From assembly GCA_001189195.1 (NCBI GenBank), contig LFCQ01000002.1:68997-132996 (forward strand): a DNA stretch of 64,000 bases, written 5' to 3'. Shown here piece by piece: positions 1 through 7,351 of the stretch. The stretch is from Parcubacteria bacterium C7867-007. GTDB taxonomy: Bacteria; Patescibacteriota; Minisyncoccia; Phycocordibacterales; Phycocordibacteraceae. The notes under the pieces are model-generated. The model was not told the DNA's origin. It worked only from the letters and a program-made list of their open reading frames with translations, and searched no databases. Position numbers and translations under genes: made by a program. Numbering within the stretch: the stretch's first letter is position 1; every line of letters starts with the position of its first letter.

Positions 1-921
1 ATTGAGACCTTGTGTTGCAACATCAGCACCATACTTATTCTCAAGATACTGCTCAATATAGAACACAAAGTGTGGCGCAAGAATTGAATTGTTCTGTTGG
101 CGACTAAATACAACAACTTCATTCTTTGCCTGTTCATACTGCTCTTCAGTGATGTATTTAAGCTCCTTCATTCGCTTCAGCACCTGATTCTTTCGAGCAT
201 CAAGATCTGCACGATTGTTTCCATACGGTGAGTAGTACGTAGGAAGTTGCGGTATGGCTGCGAGATATGCAGCTTCTGCAAGATCTACATCTTTTGCAGA
301 TTTTCCAAAGAATGTACGGCTAGCCACTTCTGCACCGTACATGGTTCCTCCGTACGGAGCTACGTTGAAATAGAATTCAAGAATCTCATCCTTGGTGTAC
401 CGTTGCTCAAACTTAATAGCAAGAATCCACTCCTGAACCTTTCGGGTTATAGACTTCTGTCCTGAAAGGATCGTATTTTTCACCACCTGCTGTGTAATGG
501 TTGAACCACCCTGTGCAAATGAAAGTTGAATGATGTCCTTATATATGGATCGTGCGATACCGGTGAATGAAATACCCCCGTGTCTATAGAATTCAGAATC
601 TTCAATAGAAATGGTTGCTTGCTGTAGGTAGGGAGAGATGTCTGCAAGGGGCACGACATTTCGCTTTACATCATGGTTTAGGTCATAGAGTACGGTCTTT
701 CCAGAACGATCGTACAGCTTCGTAGACTGTGCTACTTTTCGAGAATCAAAGGAGTTGAGTGCCGGGATGGGAGTAAGAGCAACCCAAAGGATACCGGTGC
801 CCATAATGAAGAGGGCAATACCGGCCATAATGAAGGATGCTTTCAGGAGAGGGTGGGGATCCTGAATTAATTCTCTGAGTGTTTTGGCACGTGAAGATGA
901 ACGCGAATGACGACGTGGCAT
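1..921 (-). CDS. Class A penicillin-binding protein (PBP1a-type transglycosylase/transpeptidase), 3' end runs off window
   Basis: Manual translation MPRRHSRS..., TM helix, GT51 motifs EDSEFYRHGG, QGGSTITQQVVKN, RKVQE, KDEILEFYFN. Confidence 0.9.
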   Translation of the reverse strand, partial: MPRRHSRSSSRAKTLRELIQDPHPLLKASFIMAGIALFIMGTGILWVALTPIPALNSFDSRKVAQSTKLYDRSGKTVLYDLNHDVKRNVVPLADISPYLQQATISIEDSEFYRHGGISFTGIARSIYKDIIQLSFAQGGSTITQQVVKNTILSGQKSITRKVQEWILAIKFEQRYTKDEILEFYFNVAPYGGTMYGAEVASRTFFGKSAKDVDLAEAAYLAAIPQLPTYYSPYGNNRADLDARKNQVLKRMKELKYITEEQYEQAKNEVVVFSRQQNNSILAPHFVFYIEQYLENKYGADVATQGLN

Positions 922-937
922 GGCCTGATAGTATCAC

Positions 938-978
938 AAACAAGACCCTCTCTGGCATGCCAGAGAGGGTCTTGTTTC
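938..978. terminator. Perfect inverted repeat, intrinsic terminator downstream of the acidic peptide gene
   Basis: AAACAAGACCCTCTCTGGC-AT-GCCAGAGAGGGTCTTGTTT. Confidence 0.7.
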
Positions 979-998
979 AAGATTCTTAAGATTACGTA

Positions 999-1169
999 CT
1001 ACTCAACAGGTAGGCCATCCTCATCCTCTTCGTGCATACCGTGCTTTCCGAGGTCTTCTTCGTCCTCATCCTCATCTTCACCAGGGATTACCGGAGCATC
1101 TTCCTCTTCTTCCCCCTCGATATCTGCAGCAACTGGTTCCATTTCTGGGTCCATAATTTCATCATCCAT
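999..1169 (-). CDS. 56-aa highly acidic small protein (below the ORF track cutoff)
   Basis: MDDEIMDPEMEPVAADIEGEEEEDAPVIPGEDEDEDEEDLGKHGMHEEDEDGLPVE*, followed by a terminator. Confidence 0.6.
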   Translation of the reverse strand: MDDEIMDPEMEPVAADIEGEEEEDAPVIPGEDEDEDEEDLGKHGMHEEDEDGLPVE

Positions 1170-1365
1170 ATTTTCTACATTTAAATTTGTTCATGTACCG
1201 GAATGCCGGTCAGCTCTTGTATAGTCGTAAACCTTGGCACTTTTTGCAAGAGTATCAGTGCGGGTGTGTGGATAGTGAAATCAGAAATCAATCGTCTCCC
1301 CCTTGCAGGTGTGCATAATGCACACCTGCATATGACGTATTGATGAAAAAGAAATAACCAGACTA

Positions 1366-1857
1366 TTATCTACGATCCGCTAAACCAGCTATTGCTAGTG
1401 CAATTGCATCTAACTCGTCGTCCAACCGTTTCTTTGGGGGAAGGGAAATAAGATGAGGAATCATACGTGCGATACCCACCTTATCTGAAGCACCGTATCC
1501 TGTAACCGCCAACTTCACTTGTTGAGGTGCATACTCTTGAACAGGAATCTGAGCAGCACCAGCAGCAGCAAGAATTGCACCACGTGCCTCCGCAACACCA
1601 ACGGCTGTTTTTTTGTTGGTACTAAAAAAGAGTGTTTCTAATGCAAGAATATCTGGCTGGTACTTTCGTATAACATCAGCTACTGCTTTATATACAACAG
1701 CTAAACGTAACTCCCTCAATCCTTTTGGAGGAACCACACAATCACTCCACACATGAACAGGTTTGCTGGCATCTCCTTCAAGTACAGCAATGCCTAAGCG
1801 GTCATATCCAGGATCAATAGCTAACACACGACGAAGACTATTCTTCGGTGCTTTCAT
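1366..1857 (-). CDS. ruvC: Holliday junction resolvase RuvC
   Basis: VLAIDPGYDRLG, ALETLFF, VKLAVTGYGASDK, DDELDAIALA motifs. Confidence 0.95.
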   Translation of the reverse strand: MKAPKNSLRRVLAIDPGYDRLGIAVLEGDASKPVHVWSDCVVPPKGLRELRLAVVYKAVADVIRKYQPDILALETLFFSTNKKTAVGVAEARGAILAAAGAAQIPVQEYAPQQVKLAVTGYGASDKVGIARMIPHLISLPPKKRLDDELDAIALAIAGLADRR

Positions 1858-2395
1858 ATCCCCGTGCATTCGTTACCACCTCCTGTACATCTTCGTGGTC
1901 GTCAAGCAATTGAAGAATCTGAGTGAACTTTGTTTCGTCCTCACCCGCAACATCCATTAGTGGTTCGTTTGGGGTATATCGACCGGTAGGGGATTTGGTG
2001 AACGCCCACAGCGCACTCCCCGGGGTACCGAGTTCGTAGCCATTCTTTGAAAGGAGATGTTTCACTTCCTGCGTGGTGCGGTTCTTGTTATCTGTAAGTG
2101 CGGAGACAATAAGGGCAGAGCCTCCTGGTCCATAGAATTCATATGAGACTGCATCCAACTCACCCGCATCCTTCGAGTTACCCTTAGCAACTGCACGCTC
2201 AATTGTGTCCTTTGGCATATTTGCTGCTTTGGCCCGATCGATAGCTGCAATAAGGCCTGGTGCAGAAAGATTCCCGTTAGCTTTCTTAGACTCAATGGTT
2301 ATAAACTTCCCAAGACGTGAGAAGGTTCGTGACTTCGCCGCATCGGCTGCACCCTTCTGGTGCTTAATTTGAGACCATTTACTGTGTCCTGACAT
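1838..2395 (-). CDS. yebC: YebC/PmpR family protein (short 185-aa form)
   Basis: MSGHSKWSQIKHQKG N-terminus, YEFYGPGG, TDNKNRT, LDDHEDVQEV; adjacent to ruvC. Confidence 0.95.
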   Translation of the reverse strand: MSGHSKWSQIKHQKGAADAAKSRTFSRLGKFITIESKKANGNLSAPGLIAAIDRAKAANMPKDTIERAVAKGNSKDAGELDAVSYEFYGPGGSALIVSALTDNKNRTTQEVKHLLSKNGYELGTPGSALWAFTKSPTGRYTPNEPLMDVAGEDETKFTQILQLLDDHEDVQEVVTNARGYESTEE

Positions 2396-2430
2396 GTAGT
2401 AACTATAGCAAAATAGGATGAACAGCCCAA

Positions 2431-2454
2431 AGTTCGATCCCTAGTCTCCCAGCA
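2431..2454 (+). repeat. Site A: 24-bp tRNA-3'-end-like site heading the cassette array
   Basis: AGTTCGATCCCTAGTCTCCCAGCA; 22/24 identical to 15210-15233 on the - strand. Confidence 0.75.
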
Positions 2455-2530
2455 CTCAACTTGTATAAAAGAAAGCCCTCGGCACTGGGATGAAACCAGA
2501 TACCGAGGGCACGCAGGACTAGATCCTGGT

Positions 2531-2665
2531 CTAGATTTTCGTCCCGCCGTCGCCGAGAGAGGAGGTGCCATCGTCACCGATGATGAGCGAACCTCCGTCG
2601 TGGATGCCGTCGCTGCCACCGTCTCCGATACCAGCCGAGCCTCCGTCGCCAATGCCCTGATTCAT
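2531..2665 (-). CDS. Cassette 0: 44-aa peptide of five 8-aa repeats (xIGDGGSx)
   Basis: MNQGIGDGGSAGIGDGGSDGIHDGGSLIIGDDGTSSLGDGGTKI*; AAAGGA SD upstream; terminator hairpin about 2470-2510 downstream. Confidence 0.65.
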   Translation of the reverse strand: MNQGIGDGGSAGIGDGGSDGIHDGGSLIIGDDGTSSLGDGGTKI

Positions 2666-2725
2666 CGAGCTAGCGATCCTTTCTGCCACTCAAATGCGGC
2701 AGAATCAAAATAGCATGGAAATCCG

Positions 2726-2754
2726 GGTTCCAACATCGTCCCAGACTGCCAGCA
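2726..2754 (+). repeat. Site B copy 1 (29-bp cassette-delimiting direct repeat)
   Basis: GGTTCCAACATCGTCCCAGACTGCCAGCA. Confidence 0.95.
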
Positions 2755-2810
2755 AATAAGAGAAGCCGTCCTCCAACGGTTCTCCGGTAGGAGATGGGGA
2801 CGGCTTGGTG

Positions 2811-3083
2811 CTAGCGTCGATGAATCTGAAGTCGGCGATTAGGCCATAGTAAGGCGCGATTACGTGTATCCATATCTGCAACCACGAATCGAAGGCTTGC
2901 TCCAGAAATGCGCCTGTTTATGCTAACGATCGTAAAACCCTGCGGGTAGTTGCCGTCTGCTGCATGCATATTCCGGACCTCTACCGGTTCGTTATGGTTT
3001 GCTCGCAGTGTAGTGATGACATCCGACCTGCCCTGCATCCGCTCGAGTTGCGACCACTCTTCGTCGGTGAGATGGTGAAGCAT
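2811..3083 (-). CDS. Cassette 1: hypothetical protein, 90 aa
   Basis: ORF fills the interval between B1 and B2; GGGAGG SD; hairpin 2763-2806 downstream. Confidence 0.7.
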   Translation of the reverse strand: MLHHLTDEEWSQLERMQGRSDVITTLRANHNEPVEVRNMHAADGNYPQGFTIVSINRRISGASLRFVVADMDTRNRALLWPNRRLQIHRR

Positions 3084-3131
3084 GGTTCATCCTCCCGTTG
3101 ATCTGACAGCACCCTAACATAGCTGCAAAAA

Positions 3132-3160
3132 GGTTCCAACATCGTCCCAGACTGCCAGCA
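3132..3160 (+). repeat. Site B copy 2
   Basis: Identical to copy 1. Confidence 0.95.
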
Positions 3161-3167
3161 ATAAAGC

Positions 3168-3218
3168 GAAAACCCTTCTCTTAATTATTGCCGTAGCAGT
3201 AATTAAGAGAAGGGTTTT
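3168..3218. terminator. Long bidirectional terminator hairpin of cassette 2
   Basis: AAAACCCTTCTCTTAATTATTGC-CGTA-GCAGTAATTAAGAGAAGGGTTTT. Confidence 0.75.
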
Positions 3219-3242
3219 GTGTGGGTTGTACGAATTCAATTT

Positions 3243-3503
3243 TTACTCTGATACTTGCAGTAGTTTTTGTGCGATTCGAACTGCAGTATCGTAACGAACG
3301 TATGCGCCGAGCAAGGTATCAACTAGTAGATTCGACGAATCACTCGTTACACCCTCTTCAATGTGCGCTGTGCATCTCTGAAGGGCTGAATCTAGGAAGT
3401 CTCGAGCAAAATGCGATTTCTCGTCTCGAGAGCCATCGCGCACATAGCGCGGCAGACTATCTATAACTTCTTCTAGAGCTTCATCGTAAAGAAGGGTAAT
3501 CAT
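3243..3503 (-). CDS. Cassette 2: hypothetical protein, 86 aa
   Basis: GAAGGA SD; TTGACA (3565-3570, - strand) promoter next to B3. Confidence 0.7.
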   Translation of the reverse strand: MITLLYDEALEEVIDSLPRYVRDGSRDEKSHFARDFLDSALQRCTAHIEEGVTSDSSNLLVDTLLGAYVRYDTAVRIAQKLLQVSE

Positions 3504-3579
3504 CTATTAGTCCTTCTGGAAGTGAACGGGCTTACGCTTATATTTAAGCATTTTATATAAATTCTGTCAATAGTACCCT

Positions 3580-3608
3580 GGTTCCAGCATCGTCCCAGAC
3601 TGCCAGCT
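3580..3608 (+). repeat. Site B copy 3
   Basis: GGTTCCAGCATCGTCCCAGACTGCCAGCT (2 mismatches to consensus). Confidence 0.95.
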
Positions 3609-3665
3609 ATATAAAACGAAATCGCCTAACAGGGTCAGGCGACTCCGGTAGGCGATGGTTTAATT

Positions 3666-4085
3666 CTATATTTTAGAAACAACGTGAACTCGCTTGAAGT
3701 TTTCGGCTGCTCGTTTCAGTTCAGGAGTAGGTGCTTTGCTGATCAAGATTCTGAGGCTTCGTGTGCCGATTGGACGACCGTCCAACCATCCATAGAGACT
3801 GGACCTGCTGAAGCCAAGCTGTCTGGCTGCCGTTCGGCCGTCATTGAAGTGGTGCATGTAGGCTTGGACCAGCTCCTTCAGTGCGACCTCGTAGTCAGTC
3901 GCACAGGTGAGGACTTGTGTACGTGGTTTCAGGCTGAGATCGATGCGGATGAGGAAGGCGTCTTTTTCGGACACATGCCTCGCAAACTCATCAATCCGCT
4001 GCTTGATTTCCTCAATCGAGCCCACGTCATCAGCGGTCAGTGACAGAGCCATACTCTTTGTGTCGTCAACAACTTGCAATGCCAT
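3666..4085 (-). CDS. Cassette 3: protein with C-terminal Cro/XRE-like HTH
   Basis: GRTAARQLGFSRSSLYGWLDGRP HTH pattern; GGAG SD; TTGACA at 4138-4143 (- strand). Confidence 0.7.
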   Translation of the reverse strand: MALQVVDDTKSMALSLTADDVGSIEEIKQRIDEFARHVSEKDAFLIRIDLSLKPRTQVLTCATDYEVALKELVQAYMHHFNDGRTAARQLGFSRSSLYGWLDGRPIGTRSLRILISKAPTPELKRAAENFKRVHVVSKI

Positions 4086-4150
4086 TTGCGGCTCCACAGA
4101 ATGAATCTTGTTTCTTTATGTACTATTTATATAGATTTGTCAAATACAAA

Positions 4151-4179
4151 GGTTCCAACATCGTCCCAGACTGCCAGCA
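4151..4179 (+). repeat. Site B copy 4
   Basis: Identical to copy 1. Confidence 0.95.
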
Positions 4180-4191
4180 CTTTTTAGGTAC

Positions 4192-4478
4192 AAAAAAGAA
4201 AAGCCGCGACTGGGTGGGTCGTCGGCTTGTAGTTCTTCATGGCTGCTGTTTCAACCCGGCAGTGGTTCCTTGAAGGATTCGGCTTTATAACTCGCCGTAA
4301 GTATCTCTCCTGTGTCAGGCGTTACCCTAACTGCTCGGAATAGTGAGGTGATCTCTAAAGCGGAGACGTCGCCTTATGAGGCCTCAAAACCCCTAAGTTC
4401 TATGGAATTCCTTCCACAAGAGTGAGCCTGCAACCAGGCGCTCTCTACAAGGTTCGAACTAGCCGTAGCTCCCTGTAT
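4192..4478 (-). ncRNA. Cassette 4: candidate non-coding RNA of about 290 nt
   Basis: TTGACA(4508-4513)-17bp-TAAGGT(4485-4490) promoter and hairpin+U-tract terminator (4192-4228), with no convincing ORF between them. Confidence 0.45.
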
Positions 4479-4523
4479 GAGAAAACCTTATCACGGTGTG
4501 TATATTCTGTCAAGTGGCGGCCT

Positions 4524-4552
4524 GGTTCCAACATCGTCTCAGATTACCAGCC
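4524..4552 (+). repeat. Site B copy 5
   Basis: GGTTCCAACATCGTCTCAGATTACCAGCC (4 mismatches). Confidence 0.9.
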
Positions 4553-4575
4553 AGAAGTTACGCTATACTCACTCC

Positions 4576-4944
4576 ATGATGGAGCTCATTACTTCAATAC
4601 TTGTACTAATCGTATTGTTTTTAGGGATAATCGCAGGGCCCCTATTTCTCGGGGCTCTATTTGTAGATCAAGCTCTGCATAAAAAGCAGATACCAAGGGT
4701 ACACAAGTTAGGTGCCTTCCTCGTTGCTTTTGTGGTGATTACATCTGCAATTATTTTTGGAGTCTATGCGGTCCAAAAAACAGTACAACAATGTACGGAT
4801 CAGGGCAGTTACTTGGAGTTTAATGCTGACGGAGCTATACGCTATTCAAAGCGACTTAATCAGCTTCATTTACGCTGTCACACGAAAGACGGAACACTTT
4901 ATAAATTGAAACCTCTCATCGATCTTAAAGTTTATTCTGGATAA
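4576..4944 (+). CDS. Cassette 5: two-TM membrane protein
   Basis: Two hydrophobic segments; TATACT -10 box 7 nt before ATG; stop codon ends 6 nt before B6. Confidence 0.7.
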   Translation: MMELITSILVLIVLFLGIIAGPLFLGALFVDQALHKKQIPRVHKLGAFLVAFVVITSAIIFGVYAVQKTVQQCTDQGSYLEFNADGAIRYSKRLNQLHLRCHTKDGTLYKLKPLIDLKVYSG

Positions 4945-4950
4945 ATATCT

Positions 4951-4979
4951 AGTTCCGACATCGTCCCAGGCTGTCGGTA
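4951..4979 (+). repeat. Site B copy 6 (variant with perfect CCGACA/TGTCGG arms)
   Basis: AGTTCCGACATCGTCCCAGGCTGTCGGTA. Confidence 0.85.
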
Positions 4980-5099
4980 AAGTAGGGTGCAAATACATTT
5001 TATGAAATTGACAAGACCAACTGAGAAGTAGATAGTTCACGCGGAGTACAGTACTGGTCCAGCGTTAAACGGACCGAGCAACAGCGTTAGGAGCTAGCT

Positions 5100-5711
5100 A
5101 TGTCAGACTTTCCAAGTGCTCTTGAGCTTTTCGAACAGTTCAGGCCTCGTTTCGAACGAATCGAGCTTCGACCGATTGGGTGGTTGAGTCAGGACTACAA
5201 ACAGGTGCAGCTTTACGGGCTGCTCAACTACCGAGCAGGCAAAGAGGTGAAGTGGCATGACCGCTACACTTGCTCATTTGTCGATATAAAGGAGTCTGGT
5301 TTGCAGGTCACATTCACCTACGACCCCTCTTCTGAAGCCGACATCTTGAGTCAGTTCAGCAAAGCAGTCGCTCACCAAGTCACTGCTATGCTCTCTGGCC
5401 GCATTTTCCGACTTGCGCCTGCAGAGCCTTTTGAATGCCTTGTCGACGAGCATGGTCGGGAAGTCTCTCGACGACTGAATGTGGAATTGATCGGAGATCC
5501 GCTCCCGGGTCTCAGTCTGTACAACAGTGGATACAACACCGGCGAGTCCGGTTACTGGGATAGTTTTGTTCCGCGCGGCACACCTGAGGCTGAGGCGATT
5601 CAAGCTGCACTTACCTACCACTACAAGCAGTCGCTTAAAGCACGAGACGTCGCGACTGAACAGCAGGAAGCCAAAGTCCGTCTCGAAAAAGCACTAGTTC
5701 AGATTGCGTAA
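5100..5711 (+). CDS. Cassette 6: hypothetical protein, 203 aa
   Basis: TTGACA-17-GATAGT promoter, AGGAG SD, terminator CCCCGGTA-GAAA-TACCGGGG. Confidence 0.75.
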   Translation: MSDFPSALELFEQFRPRFERIELRPIGWLSQDYKQVQLYGLLNYRAGKEVKWHDRYTCSFVDIKESGLQVTFTYDPSSEADILSQFSKAVAHQVTAMLSGRIFRLAPAEPFECLVDEHGREVSRRLNVELIGDPLPGLSLYNSGYNTGESGYWDSFVPRGTPEAEAIQAALTYHYKQSLKARDVATEQQEAKVRLEKALVQIA

Positions 5712-5767
5712 GATCGATGGATCAGCCCCGGTAGAAATACCGGGGTACCTCTTTTAGTAGGTGCTTA

Positions 5768-5796
5768 GATTAGAACATCGTCCCAGACTACAATTT
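5768..5796 (+). repeat. Site B copy 7 (degenerate, terminal)
   Basis: GATTAGAACATCGTCCCAGACTACAATTT; 16-bp core AACATCGTCCCAGACT intact. Confidence 0.8.
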
Positions 5797-5839
5797 CTTT
5801 TAAACTCACGAACAAAGTGCTGAATGGTACACTTTCACT

Positions 5840-6064
5840 ATGAAAAAACGTACCCCACTTGCAACCATGCGTTATGTAGCAAAGAACCTCCTTATCGTAG
5901 TTGGACTTGTGTTGATATGGCGTGGTATTTGGTACGTGCTTGATGGTATCGATCTCATGATCTTCGATGGGTCACATTTCTGGACCGGTCTATTTGGGAT
6001 AATAGTTGGACTAGCCATTCTTTATCTTCCGGACAACGACCTAAAAGAGATTGAGAAGCTTTAA
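5840..6064 (+). CDS. Small two-TM membrane protein
   Basis: VVGLVLIWRGIWYVLD pattern; -10 box TACACT just upstream. Confidence 0.75.
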   Translation: MKKRTPLATMRYVAKNLLIVVGLVLIWRGIWYVLDGIDLMIFDGSHFWTGLFGIIVGLAILYLPDNDLKEIEKL

Positions 6065-6115
6065 TTAGCTCCTTAGAAGTAGCAGGGGAGCGGACAGATC
6101 ACCAATACCTGATTG

Positions 6116-7108
6116 TTATCCCTGCAAATAGTCTTTTCCTTTCTGCGTAAGGATACGGCCACGAGAAGATCGCTCGATAAACCCAAGTCGTAGGAGGTAT
6201 GGCTCATACAAGTTTTCAACCGTATCACCATCCTCGTGTAGGGCGCTTGCGAGAGCACGCACACCTGCAGGACCTCCTTTAAACGAATCACGTAGTGTTT
6301 CAAGATAGCGGCGGTCGTCCTTAGTGAGACCAAGAGTGTCGATACCAAACAGAGCACACGCCTTATCACACACTGCAGCAGTGAGGGGCAGATTATGTAC
6401 TTGTGCGTAATCACGTACACGCTTAAGTAGAGCATTTGCAACACGTGGAGTCGCACGACTACGTGCCGCGATCTTTTCTACAACAGCGTCATCAACTTCC
6501 ATTGCAAGAAGGGAAGCAGAGCGCGCAACAATTGCACGAAGGTCTGCATCAGAATAGAAATCGAGTTGATACACACCACCACCAAAGCGTGAGCGCAATG
6601 GTCCTGAAAGTTGCGCAACGCGTGTGGTTGCTCCAACGAGAGTGAAAGGAGGAAGTGATAACTCCACGGTACGAGCACTGGGACCCTTCCCAAGAATGAT
6701 ATCTAGAGACCCAGATTCAAGTGCTGGATAAAGAAGTTCTTCAATCTTGCTAGAGAGCTGATGAATTTCATCTATGAAAAGCACCGTACCTGGTTCAAGG
6801 TTTGTGAGAATGGAGGCAAGATCTCCGGCACGTTCAATTGCAACGCCAGAGGTTGTTTTAACCGGAGCTTCAAGAGATTTGCCAATAAGGTGTGCGAGTG
6901 TGGTCTTACCAACGCCAGGTGGACCGTAAAAGAGAATATGCTCTGGCATATCCCCGCGCATCTTTGCAGCCTCTAAAACGATGTGTACATTATCCTTCAC
7001 GTGCCCCTGACCCACATATTCATCCCATACGGAAGGGCGAAGAGCCGCATCCAATGCCTGATCGCGCAGCTTGATAGGGAGGTCGGTATCGTTAGGAGTA
7101 CTTGACAT
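6116..7108 (-). CDS. ruvB: Holliday junction branch migration helicase RuvB
   Basis: LRPSVWDEYVGQ, GPPGVGKTT, FIDEIH, GATTR, YEPYLL. Confidence 0.97.
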   Translation of the reverse strand: MSSTPNDTDLPIKLRDQALDAALRPSVWDEYVGQGHVKDNVHIVLEAAKMRGDMPEHILFYGPPGVGKTTLAHLIGKSLEAPVKTTSGVAIERAGDLASILTNLEPGTVLFIDEIHQLSSKIEELLYPALESGSLDIILGKGPSARTVELSLPPFTLVGATTRVAQLSGPLRSRFGGGVYQLDFYSDADLRAIVARSASLLAMEVDDAVVEKIAARSRATPRVANALLKRVRDYAQVHNLPLTAAVCDKACALFGIDTLGLTKDDRRYLETLRDSFKGGPAGVRALASALHEDGDTVENLYEPYLLRLGFIERSSRGRILTQKGKDYLQG

Positions 7109-7188
7109 AAAAACAGTGTGTGCTAGCATTGTATCACATGAGGGTTGGCCTCATAAGTACCTTGCCTTGCGCAAGGTAATTTCTTTTT

Positions 7189-7351
7189 GTTCCCGCATAC
7201 CACCCTCTAGGCAAGGCTTGACGGCTTCAGGGCGACTCCCCAAGGCTTATCTGGTACTCACCTCGTAGTGAGCCCGCTGGATATCACCTCAGGCGTTTCG
7301 ACCGCCGTCCTATTTATAGGACGGAGTGCCTGGAGGGTAGTGTGCAGGATC
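7189..7351. ncRNA. Candidate structured RNA of about 160 nt (family unassigned)
   Basis: 23-bp closing stem (7191-7213 with 7327-7349) enclosing several hairpins, followed by terminator 7356-7392; no credible ORF. Confidence 0.45.

Noticed and set aside
907-1224. Ser-rich 105-aa ORF and other antisense ORFs over housekeeping genes
   Set aside because: Shadow frames of genes on the opposite strand, here the acidic peptide.
2410-2426. AAAATAG(G)ATGAACAG shared with 14832-14846
   Set aside because: Short match at opposite ends of the two modules, in both cases next to a -10 box; it may be promoter sequence or chance and is not enough to define a third site.
2299-2652. 117-aa ORF from the ORF track
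   Set aside because: It runs through a terminator and site A into yebC; the 44-aa ORF at 2531-2665 has an SD and a clean repeat structure.
2726-5796. CRISPR array
   Set aside because: The repeat length (29 bp) fits, but the intervals are about 340-790 bp, variable and contain whole genes; no cas genes are in the window.
2726-5796. Classical integron or attC cluster
   Set aside because: No intI; sites are too short and lack paired RYYYAAC/GTTRRRY boxes; cassettes carry their own promoters and lie in both orientations.
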